Source: an uncultured Gemmatimonadales bacterium (GTDB taxonomy: Bacteria; Gemmatimonadota; Gemmatimonadetes; Gemmatimonadales; Gemmatimonadaceae). Taken from it: a stretch of DNA of 64,000 bases. How positions within the stretch are numbered: position 1 is the first letter of the stretch; each line of letters begins with the position of its first letter. The notes beneath the pieces were generated by a model. It did no database searches. It was not told the DNA's origin and saw only the letters and a program-made list of their open reading frames with translations. A program made the position numbers and the translations under genes. The stretch covers positions 384,001 to 448,000 of the forward strand of contig CAWKNZ010000007.1 in NCBI GenBank assembly GCA_963851265.1, read 5' to 3'. Below are positions 49,141 to 64,000 of this stretch, one piece after another.

Positions 49141-49782
49141 TCAGGGCTTGATGCGCACCGGGGTGCCGACGGGCACCTCGTTCCACAGCTCGTCGATCTC
49201 GTCGTCCGTGACCGCGACACAGCCGTTGGTCCAGTCGTAGGCGCGGTGGTCCGACCCGATTGCGCCCTCACCGTTCGGCAGCCCGTGGATCATCACGTCG
49301 CCGCCCGCGGTCACACCCATCGTCTGCGCGCGCGCGAGGTCGGCGGCGTTCGGGTAGGAGATGTGCAGCCCCTTGTGGTAGCGGCTGAACGGGTTGCGGC
49401 CGTCGATGGCGTACAGCCCTTCCGGGGTGCGGAAGTCGCCGATCTGCTCCTTCGCGCCGACCGGCTTCTGTCCCAGCGCCACGTCGAACGTGCGCACGGG
49501 GAGCCCGCCACTGAAGAGCGTGAGGCGGCGCAGCGACTTCTCGACGATGAGGCTGTCGGCGGTTATCCCGTGGCGTCCGCCGGTGATCGCCGAATTGGCG
49601 ACGGCCGACCGGGGCGCCGAGGGGGTACTCGACCCGCGTGGGTCGATGCGTCCGCCTGCATGGGCGGAGGCGGGTGCGGGGGCGGGACGCGGAACGTCGC
49701 CGCTCGGGACCAGGGCGACCGCAAACGCGGCCGGGGTCGAGAGCAGGGCGAACGTTGCCGCGACGACGAAACGGTTGCGCAT
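49141..49782 (-). CDS. YkuD-family L,D-transpeptidase (YafK/DpaA-like)
   Basis: GDFRTPEG, ISYPN, MIHG...WTNGCVA, GTPVRI. Confidence 0.9.
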   Translation of the reverse strand: MRNRFVVAATFALLSTPAAFAVALVPSGDVPRPAPAPASAHAGGRIDPRGSSTPSAPRSAVANSAITGGRHGITADSLIVEKSLRRLTLFSGGLPVRTFDVALGQKPVGAKEQIGDFRTPEGLYAIDGRNPFSRYHKGLHISYPNAADLARAQTMGVTAGGDVMIHGLPNGEGAIGSDHRAYDWTNGCVAVTDDEIDELWNEVPVGTPVRIKP

Positions 49783-49898
49783 CGTCGACAGAGACAGCGG
49801 AAGGGGATGTGTGCCGGCGGGGGACCGCATGCCGGCGAGTGGAGAATGACGTCCCGCGCGCGAGGACGCAACAGCACGCCCCCCTCGCGCGAACGAAT

Positions 49899-51947
49899 CT
49901 AATAGTCGACGGGCCTCAGGTAGGCTTCGCCGATCGCCGTCGGACTGATCATCGCGACCGCGGGGAGGCGGCGCTTCCAGTGCGTGCCTTCGAGCCGCTT
50001 CTGCACGAGAGACACTTCAGCCGCGGGATACCCTCGCGCCACGAGGTCCTCGGCTCGGTACCCGGCGAGCAACCAGTTGAGCAGCTCGTCGGCGCGCGCA
50101 TAACGGATGCCGAAGTCGCCCTCGTCGGTCTGCCCCTGCACGAGATCCGCGCTCGCGGGCTTCTCGACGATCTCGCGCGGCACGCCGAGCTGGCGCGCGA
50201 GCGCCCACACCTGCGTCTTGTACAGGTCACCGAGCGGGTTGACCGGGGGCGAGTCGTCGGCGTGCCAGGTGTAGTAGCCGAACAGCCGCTCGGTCTTGTT
50301 ACCGGTCCCGAGCGGGAGGGCGCGGTAGCGAGCCGACAGGTCGAACAGCGCGATCATGCGCGTGCGGGCCATGACGTTGCCGCGCCGCGCGCCGTCCGCG
50401 TCGGGCTCGTGTGCCAAGTAGCCGTCGACCGCGGCCGTGATCTCGAGGGTGCGGGTCTGCACGCCGAGCGCGTCGACGACGAGTTGCGCGTGGGCGAGCG
50501 ACTCGGGGCTCGACGTGCGGTAGGGCATGCGCACGGTCACGACGTTCGCGGCACCGAGCGCGCGCGCGGCGAGAAACGTCGTGACGGCCGAATCGACGCC
50601 CCCCGAAAGCCCGACGACCGCCGTGCGGAAGCCGCGCCGGCCGAACTCGTCGCGGATGAACTCGACGAGCCACCGTTCGACGAGCGGCGCGTCGATCGCG
50701 AGCGAGGGCGGCAGGCCGTTGTCGGCGAGCGCGACGCGGGTGACGGCGATCGCTGGCGGTACCGGACGTCCCCCCGCCGGCGCGGACGTCGCGACCCCGC
50801 GTGCGCTCTCCCCGCGCGCCGGTGGGTCTCCCTCGGCGCCGGGCGCGGCGTCGGGCGCGTCCGCGACCGGGTCCGGGATCGTCGGCGACGTGACCGCGCC
50901 CGGCGACCCGACGTCGGGCGTGCCTAACGGAACCGCGGCGGGCGCAGCACCGCGCTCGTCGGCGCGCACGAGCGGGTGCGGCGCGTCGGACTCGGCGGCG
51001 GCCGGGTCGTAGTCGAGCGGGCGCCGAGGCCCGTCCTCGGTGCGGGAGAGGGCGCGGAGCAGGTGCGGCAGCCCGACGCGCAGGTCGCTCAGCAGCGGCG
51101 AGTCCGCGCGCACCCGCCGCACGTCGCCGAGGTCGAGCGTGACGTGGAGGATTTCTTCGTCGAACACCGACCCGCGCGCGCGCACGTCGCCGGCCGGACC
51201 GATCACGCTCGACGAACCGCCGAAGCTCTTCCCCCCTTCGCTGCCGACGAGGTTGGCGTAACACACCACCACGCCGTGCTCCTCGGCGATGCTGCGCACG
51301 AGGCGCTCCCACCGAGCCACGCTCGCGGGCCCGGGCACGTCGTCGCCGCGCGGCCACACGCCCCGCGCCGGAGCGGCGGAGAGGACGAACACCACCTGCG
51401 CGCCGTCGAGGGCGGCGATCGTCCCGGTGAGCGAGTGCCACGCGTCCTCGCACACCAGGATACCCGCCCGTCCCCACGGCGCGTCGAATGCGCGGAGGTC
51501 GAGTCCGCGCTCGACGAAGCGCTCCTCGTCGAACAGGCCGTACGTGGGGAGGAAGAGCTTGCGGTGCACGTGGCGCACGACCGGCGCGGCCCCGCCCTCG
51601 ACGCCTAACGTCGCGTAGAGCGCGCCGTTGTGGAGCGTGTCGCGCCACACCTCGTAGAACCCGACCACCGCGTCGAGCGGTGCGGCGGCGAGCCCGCGCG
51701 CCGCGCACGCGTCGCGATACGCGGCGTCGAGGTCGCGGGCGGCGGTGCCGGCCGTGACGGCCAGTTCGCGCACGCCGCCCTCGACGAAGTAGCCCGTGGT
51801 GGCGGTCTCGGGCAGCAGGACGACCTCGGGCCGCGGATCCAGCGCGGCGCAGTCCGCGAGGAGCTGCCCGATGCGGGCGACGTTCGCGGCGTAGGCACCC
51901 TTGACGGGTTTGAACTGCACGACGGCGGTCGTGAACGGAGTCGGCAT
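49899..51947 (-). CDS. nadE: NAD+ synthetase with N-terminal nitrilase-fold glutaminase domain
   Basis: Triad LPE / HRKLFLPTY / VCEDAW; GLSGGVDS, GNVMARTRM, PLGDLYKTQV, PASADL, QTDE. Confidence 0.92.
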   Translation of the reverse strand: MPTPFTTAVVQFKPVKGAYAANVARIGQLLADCAALDPRPEVVLLPETATTGYFVEGGVRELAVTAGTAARDLDAAYRDACAARGLAAAPLDAVVGFYEVWRDTLHNGALYATLGVEGGAAPVVRHVHRKLFLPTYGLFDEERFVERGLDLRAFDAPWGRAGILVCEDAWHSLTGTIAALDGAQVVFVLSAAPARGVWPRGDDVPGPASVARWERLVRSIAEEHGVVVCYANLVGSEGGKSFGGSSSVIGPAGDVRARGSVFDEEILHVTLDLGDVRRVRADSPLLSDLRVGLPHLLRALSRTEDGPRRPLDYDPAAAESDAPHPLVRADERGAAPAAVPLGTPDVGSPGAVTSPTIPDPVADAPDAAPGAEGDPPARGESARGVATSAPAGGRPVPPAIAVTRVALADNGLPPSLAIDAPLVERWLVEFIRDEFGRRGFRTAVVGLSGGVDSAVTTFLAARALGAANVVTVRMPYRTSSPESLAHAQLVVDALGVQTRTLEITAAVDGYLAHEPDADGARRGNVMARTRMIALFDLSARYRALPLGTGNKTERLFGYYTWHADDSPPVNPLGDLYKTQVWALARQLGVPREIVEKPASADLVQGQTDEGDFGIRYARADELLNWLLAGYRAEDLVARGYPAAEVSLVQKRLEGTHWKRRLPAVAMISPTAIGEAYLRPVDY

Positions 51948-52043
51948 GCGGGGAGAATACATCGCCGGGGCCTCCGCCGACGACCGGGCGCGGCGCGACG
52001 TCGGCCCGGCGGCGTTGCGTTCCGGCGCATGTAACTTCCGGGC

Positions 52044-54164
52044 GTGCACACGCCCCGACACCTGAGTCCGCCGCCCGTCGCGCGACCCGCCGCGCTCGCC
52101 CTCGCCGCCGCGTCGCTCGCCGTCGCGACGCCCGTCGCCGCGCCCGCGCAGCCCGCCGCCCCCGTCGCCGGAACGGGCGAGCCGTGGCGCATCATCCCGC
52201 TGCCGCAGGCGAGCGTGGTGCTCGCGCGCGACGGCGCGACCGTGGTCGGCGAGATCGGGCGTCAGCTCCGCACGAGCGTCGCGCTGCGCTCGCTGCCGCG
52301 CTACGTGCCCGCCGCGTTCGTCGCCGTCGAGGACAAACGCTTCTACCAGCACAACGGCATCGACGTGGTCGGCATCGCCGGCGCGCTCAAGGACGCGGTG
52401 CTCGGCGAGGCGCGCGGCGCGAGCACCATCACGCAACAGCTCGTCGGCAACATGCACCCCGACGCGATCGACCGGCGCGACCGGTCTCCCGCGCGCAAGC
52501 TCCGCGAGCAGGAGGCGGCCATCGAGATGTCGCGGCACTACTCCAAGGAGCAGGTGCTCGAAGCGTACCTCAACACGATCTACTTCAACCACGGACGCTA
52601 CGGCGTCGACGCGGCTGCGCGCTACTACTTCGGCAAGCCCGCGGCGCAGCTCTCCGTCGCGGAGGCGGCCTCGCTCGCCGCGATGCCGAAGAGCCCCGTG
52701 CTGTACGACCCGTCCAGGTTCCCGGCCCGCAATCAGGAGCGGCGCAACACGGTGCTCGACCTCATGGCCGACCAGGGCATGCTCACCCGCGGACAGGCCG
52801 ATGCGGCCAAGCTCGAGCCCGTGCGCACCACGCCCGAGGGCGGCGTGGTGGCCGCGTCGCGCTATTTCGTCGACGTCGTGCGCGCACAGGCCGAGCGCGC
52901 GGGCGTGCCCATCGCGCAGGGCGGCTACCGGGTGGTGACCACGCTCGACCCCGCGCTGCAAACCGCCGCCTCCGACGCGCTCGCGCAGCAGGCGGCGGCC
53001 ATCGAGCGCCGTCCGGGCTGGCGGCGCCCAACGCTCGCGCAGTACGAGCAGGCGCGGGGCGCGGCGGCGGTCGGGTCGAACGCGCCGGCCGGCCCCGCGG
53101 CCGCGCCCGCCTACCTGCAGGGCGCGGTGGTCGCGCTCGACCCGGCCACCGGCGAGGTGCGCGCGCTGGTCGGCGGCCGCGACTACGCCGACTCGCCGTA
53201 CGACCGCGCGGTCAACGGCCGACGCCAGCCGGGGTCGAGCTTCAAGCCGTTCGTCTACTCGACCGCGCTCGCGGAGGGCACGCCGCCCAACGCCATCGTG
53301 GGCGACACGGCGATGCGGGTCCCGCTGCCCGACGGCCGCGTGTACAGCCCCGAGAACTCCGACGGGCAGTTCCTCGGCCTCATGACGATGCGCGAGGCGC
53401 TGGCCCGATCGCGGAACCCGGTGGCCGTGCAGCTCTGGCTCCAGGCGGGACCCGACTCGGTGGCGGCGCTCGCCCGGCGCGCCGGCATCAACACGCCCAT
53501 CGCGCCCAACCCGGCCAACGCGCTCGGCGCGACCGCGCTGCAGCCGCTCGACTTCGTGGCCGCGTACGCCGCGTTCGACAACGGCGGGCTCGCGGTGTCG
53601 CCACGCTTCGTCGCGCGCGTCGAGGACCGCACCGGGCGCACCGTCTGGGCGCCCCAGGTCCCCGCACCCGCCCCGGCCATCGACCCGCGCGTCACGTACA
53701 TCATGCGCGACATGATGCGCGACGTCGTCGACCGCGGCACCGCGACCAGCGTGCGCCGCTTCGTCCCCGCGCGCGTGCCCGTTGCCGGCAAGACGGGCAC
53801 GACGAGCGACAACGTCGACGTCTGGTTCGTAGGCATGACGCCCGACCTCGTCGCCGGCGTCTGGCTCGGCTTCGACCGTCCACAGACGATCACCTCGGGC
53901 GCCGCGGGCGGGACGCTCGCCGCGCCGGTGTGGGGGCAGATGGTCGCACGTTGGTACCAGAACCGCGCGCCGGGCGGCGCGTGGGGGCCGCCGCCGCCCG
54001 GCGTGGTGTCGCTCGTGCTCGACCGCCAGAGCGGCCAGCCCGCGGACACCACGACGCCTGGCGAGCGGAAGTACACGGAGTACTTCGTCGAGGGGACCGA
54101 GCCCGGCGCACAGACGTTCGACCCCTGGAGCGTGTTCCGCGCAGGCCCGATAATCCGGCCGTGA
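52044..54164 (+). CDS. Class A penicillin-binding protein (PBP1A family)
   Basis: EDKRFYQHNG, GASTITQQL, RKLRE; SSFK, SRN, KTGT. Confidence 0.93.
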   Translation: MHTPRHLSPPPVARPAALALAAASLAVATPVAAPAQPAAPVAGTGEPWRIIPLPQASVVLARDGATVVGEIGRQLRTSVALRSLPRYVPAAFVAVEDKRFYQHNGIDVVGIAGALKDAVLGEARGASTITQQLVGNMHPDAIDRRDRSPARKLREQEAAIEMSRHYSKEQVLEAYLNTIYFNHGRYGVDAAARYYFGKPAAQLSVAEAASLAAMPKSPVLYDPSRFPARNQERRNTVLDLMADQGMLTRGQADAAKLEPVRTTPEGGVVAASRYFVDVVRAQAERAGVPIAQGGYRVVTTLDPALQTAASDALAQQAAAIERRPGWRRPTLAQYEQARGAAAVGSNAPAGPAAAPAYLQGAVVALDPATGEVRALVGGRDYADSPYDRAVNGRRQPGSSFKPFVYSTALAEGTPPNAIVGDTAMRVPLPDGRVYSPENSDGQFLGLMTMREALARSRNPVAVQLWLQAGPDSVAALARRAGINTPIAPNPANALGATALQPLDFVAAYAAFDNGGLAVSPRFVARVEDRTGRTVWAPQVPAPAPAIDPRVTYIMRDMMRDVVDRGTATSVRRFVPARVPVAGKTGTTSDNVDVWFVGMTPDLVAGVWLGFDRPQTITSGAAGGTLAAPVWGQMVARWYQNRAPGGAWGPPPPGVVSLVLDRQSGQPADTTTPGERKYTEYFVEGTEPGAQTFDPWSVFRAGPIIRP

Positions 54165-54292
54165 AACGCGCCTGACGTGAGGCGCCGCACGTCGTGCATG
54201 ACGCGGCCGTCACGGGCACGTCACGCTCGGCACGTTAGCTTCACCGTCGGGAGGGGCGGGGCATCCGACGATTCGAGCAACGCACGGCTCTC

Positions 54293-56309
<2,017 letters not shown>

Positions 56310-56313
56310 GCCG

Positions 56314-58917
56314 TCAGCGCGCCGCCGCGGCCTCTTCCATCTCCTCCATCACGGTCTTGCGGGCCGCGCCGGCCGCCGGCCCTTGGGCCGGCAGCAGGGC
56401 GACCTCGAACACCTCGTCGAGGGTCTCGACGGGGTGGAAGGTGAGCTCGTCGCGCACCTCCTGCGGGATGTCCTCCATGTCGGCCTCGTTGGCCTTGGGG
56501 AGGATGATGTGCTTGATGCCGGCCCGGTGGGCGCCGAGCACCTTTTCCTTCAGGCCGCCGATCGGGAGCACGCGGCCCCGGAGGGTCGCCTCACCCGTCA
56601 TCGCGACGTCGCGGCGCACGGGGCGCCCGCTCATCGCGGAGACGATCGCCGTGCTCATCCCGGTGCCCGCGCTCGGTCCGTCCTTGGGGATCGCGCCCGC
56701 GGGGACGTGCACGTGCACCTCGATGTTGCCGAGCCGGTCTTCCGGGATCCGCAGGCGGCCGGCGTGCGTCGCGGCGTAGGTGAGCGCGGCGCGCGCGCTC
56801 TCCTTCATCACGTCGCCTAACTGGCCGGTGAGGATCAGCGAGACGTTGCCGTAGCCGGCCACCTGCATTCCCTCGTCGGCCGAGTCGCCGTTCCGGCGTC
56901 CGCCCGCGCTCAGCCGCCGGATGGCGGCCTCGATGAACATGATGTCGCCGCCCATCGGCGTGTAGTACATGCCGGTGGCCACGCCCACCTCGTTCTGCTC
57001 GCCGACCTTCTCGGGGTGCACGCGCGGCCGGCCCAGCAGCTCGCGCACCTCCTCGGCGTCGATCGTGTTGTCGTCGAGCACGGCCGCGTTGCCGGTCGCC
57101 ACGCGACGGGCCACCTTGCGGGCGACCGCGCCCACCTGGCGCTCGAGCTGGCGGACGCCCGCCTCGCGCGTGTACTCGCTGACGATGCGCATCACCGCGT
57201 CGTCGGTGAACGCGATGTGCTTGTCGCCGAGGCCGCTCTCCTCGAGCTGGCGCGGAATCAGGTACTTCTTCGCGATCTCCGCCTTCTCGCGCTCGGTGTA
57301 GCCGGCGAACTCGACCACCTCCATGCGGTCCATCAGCGGCCCGCTGATGTTCTGCGGGAAGTTGGCGGTCGCGATGAAGAGGCACTCGCTGAGGTCGAAC
57401 GGCACGCCCATGTAGTGGTCGACGAACGCGTTGTTCTGCGCCGGGTCGAGCACCTCGAGCAGCGCCGCCGCGGGGTCGCCCTGGAAGCCGTGACCGAGCT
57501 TGTCGACCTCGTCGAGCAGGAAGACGGGGTTCTTCGTGCCCGCCTGCTTCATCCCCTGGATGATGCGCCCCGGGAGCGCGCCGACGTAGGTGCGCCGGTG
57601 CCCGCGGATGTCCGCCTCGTCGCGCGCGCCGCCGAGGGCCACGCGCACGTACTCGCGGCCTAACGCCTTCGCGATCGACTTGGCGATCGAGGTCTTACCC
57701 ACGCCCGGCGGGCCGGTGAAGAGCAGGATCGGGCCGCGCGCCATGGCCTTGGCCTTCGCCTCCTTCGTGTCGGTCACCGGGCGGTCACCGTCGGCCGTGC
57801 TCGCGGCGAGCGTGGGCGTCGCGTCGTCGCTCTCCGGCATCAGCTCCGACGCGGGCACCTCGCCCTTCTCCTCGACTTCCCTGGCCATCTGATCCGCGCG
57901 CAGCTGGCGCACGGCGAGGAACTCGAGCACGCGGTCCTTGACGTCCTGCAGCCCGTAGTGATCCTCGTCCAGGATCCCCGTCGCGCCGTTCAGGTCGAGG
58001 CGGTCGTCGCTCCGCGTCCCCCAGGGCAGTTCGGCGATCCACTCGAGGTACGTGCGGATGACCTGCGCCTCCATCGACTCGCGGCCGGCGCGCTCCAGAC
58101 GGCCGAGTTCGCGCTCGACCTCCTGCCGCGCCTCCTTCGGCAGCGGCAGCGCGCCCAACTTCTCGCGCAGCGCCTCGAGCTCCTTCGACTGGTCGTCGTC
58201 GCCGAGCTCCTTCTGGATGGCCTTCATCTGCTCGCGCAGGAACATCTCGCGCTGGCGCTCGCCCAGCTCTTCCTGCACCGCGCTCTTGATGTCCTCCTGC
58301 GCCTCGAGCAGGCCGATCTGGCGCTGCACGAGCACGAGCACCTTGCGCATGCGCTCCTCGACGCTGAGCGTCTCGAGCAGCCCCTGCTTCTCGGCAACCG
58401 TCAGCTCGATGTAGCCGGCCACGAGGTCGGCGAACTTGCCCGGCTCGGTGACCGAGTCGAGCACCTGGTGCACGACCTCCTCGGGCAGCCCGCGGCGTTC
58501 TCCGAGCTCCGCGGCGCGCTCGCGCGTCTCCTTGTGGAGCGCCTCGAACGCGGCGTCCTTGTCGTCGAGCGGCAGCATCTCTTCGGCGGGCACCGTGACC
58601 GCATGGAGGTACCCGTCGGTCGTGGTGAACTGGAGCGCGGTCGCACGCTGCTCGCCCTGGAGCAGGAGCTGCACGCCGCCCAGCCCGCGCTGGATCTGCC
58701 CGATGCGGGCGATCACGCCGGTGGTGTAGAGGTTCTCCGACGACGGTTCGTCCGAGTTGTCGCGCTGCGCCACGGCGAACACGACGCGCTCGTCTTTGAG
58801 CGCCGCCTCGATCGCGCGCAGCGTCCCGGGCCGCCCGGCCGCGATGGGCTGTGTGACGCCGGGGAAGATGACCGTCCCGCGCAGCGGCAGGACGGGAAGG
58901 GTTTGGCGATGTGCCAT
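56314..58917 (-). CDS. lon: ATP-dependent Lon protease
   Basis: LPLRG, GPPGVGKT, RRTYVGALPG, LLDEVDK, PKDGPSAG, GGLKEK. Confidence 0.96.
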   Translation of the reverse strand: MAHRQTLPVLPLRGTVIFPGVTQPIAAGRPGTLRAIEAALKDERVVFAVAQRDNSDEPSSENLYTTGVIARIGQIQRGLGGVQLLLQGEQRATALQFTTTDGYLHAVTVPAEEMLPLDDKDAAFEALHKETRERAAELGERRGLPEEVVHQVLDSVTEPGKFADLVAGYIELTVAEKQGLLETLSVEERMRKVLVLVQRQIGLLEAQEDIKSAVQEELGERQREMFLREQMKAIQKELGDDDQSKELEALREKLGALPLPKEARQEVERELGRLERAGRESMEAQVIRTYLEWIAELPWGTRSDDRLDLNGATGILDEDHYGLQDVKDRVLEFLAVRQLRADQMAREVEEKGEVPASELMPESDDATPTLAASTADGDRPVTDTKEAKAKAMARGPILLFTGPPGVGKTSIAKSIAKALGREYVRVALGGARDEADIRGHRRTYVGALPGRIIQGMKQAGTKNPVFLLDEVDKLGHGFQGDPAAALLEVLDPAQNNAFVDHYMGVPFDLSECLFIATANFPQNISGPLMDRMEVVEFAGYTEREKAEIAKKYLIPRQLEESGLGDKHIAFTDDAVMRIVSEYTREAGVRQLERQVGAVARKVARRVATGNAAVLDDNTIDAEEVRELLGRPRVHPEKVGEQNEVGVATGMYYTPMGGDIMFIEAAIRRLSAGGRRNGDSADEGMQVAGYGNVSLILTGQLGDVMKESARAALTYAATHAGRLRIPEDRLGNIEVHVHVPAGAIPKDGPSAGTGMSTAIVSAMSGRPVRRDVAMTGEATLRGRVLPIGGLKEKVLGAHRAGIKHIILPKANEADMEDIPQEVRDELTFHPVETLDEVFEVALLPAQGPAAGAARKTVMEEMEEAAAAR

Positions 58918-59221
58918 TGCGTTGATGACCGATGCTGGGGGCGTGGCGGCGCGGCGGGCGCCGAGCGATCGCTCGGCGGAGCGGGCCGCGTCGCACGCTC
59001 CGTTCCTGCCCGGCCTCTATTGCACGATGCGCGCACCCCCGGTGTGCCACCCTGGCTTGGATTTGACGGCCCATAGCTGCGCGGGTGTCGTGGCCGGCGC
59101 GTGCTGCTGCCGGAACGGCGGCGCCGCCCACGCAGTTCCGGGCCGCAGGTGCGGTGCCTGTTCGGAGTCGCCTGCGGCTGCTACACTAGGGCTCACCCCA
59201 CCCGCTGCGACCACTCCCGCC

Positions 59222-61435
<2,214 letters not shown>

Positions 61436-61583
61436 CGCGTCCGCCCCGCCGCAGCACGGCCGGAGTGCGAGCGGCCGGGCCCGCGCGGCGGCGCGGCGGC
61501 GCGCGACACTTCGCCGCGCGGCGTGCCGTAGAGCACGCGGCCGTACCGGTCGTCGTTCCTTCTGCTTTCGCCGCGCGCTCGTG

Positions 61584-63856
<2,273 letters not shown>

Positions 63857-63860
<4 letters not shown>

Positions 63861-64000
63861 AGATCACCCTCGTGCGACACGGCCGGCCGACGCTGTGGCG
63901 CGCTGGCTGGCTGTCGCGGGCGGGTTTCGAGGCCTGGTGCGCGGCGTACGACGCGGCCGGGCTCGGTAGCGACGCCGCCCCGCCTGCCGGGATCGTCCGG
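63857..64000 (+). CDS. Histidine phosphatase family protein, 3' partial (absent from the ORF track)
   Basis: My translation from CTG 63857: (M)KITLVRHGRPTLWRAGWLSRAGFEAWCAAYDAAGL; RHG motif; GAGGTG 8 nt upstream. Confidence 0.75.

Noticed and set aside
49899..52961. 1020-aa NadE ORF
   Set aside because: The first ~340 aa are antisense to PBP1A; the nitrilase domain starts at ATG 51947

Overview
High-GC (roughly 73-75% by eye) bacterial chromosomal window. Gene content (PEP-CTERM protein, tandem Hanks-type kinases, VPS10/BNR hydrolase, fused E1 alpha/beta) suggests Gemmatimonadota, which is an inference. About 55 CDS are supportable: a split biotin cluster (bioF-bioA-[PEP-CTERM]-bioD-VOC-bioB) with pdxH, rpmE2, an sseA-osmC-fabZ-like operon, galM-galT-galK plus a GH5 glycosidase, a KirBac channel, nadE, PBP1A, lon, and two Ser/Thr kinases followed by a histidine phosphatase. 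I recognised no rRNA, tRNA, CRISPR array, transposase or prophage. Main candidate for an undescribed system: a tightly coupled nine-gene operon (33473-44115, minus strand) with two tandem [PQQ alcohol-dehydrogenase-like + cytochrome c] units, both carrying the D-x-D motif linked to lanthanide use, upstream of a caa3-like heme-copper oxidase whose subunit I lacks both the D-channel Glu (HPWVY) and the K-channel Lys. Other signals: a strongly over-represented octamer CGTTAGGC (at least 24 exact copies), many apparently leaderless genes, two apparent CTG starts in CTGA overlaps, a structured leader RNA upstream of an HNH gene, a catalytically dead NlpC/P60 fusion, a barrel-less mini-amidohydrolase and two frameshifted genes. 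All assignments come from motif recognition by eye; no database searches were run.
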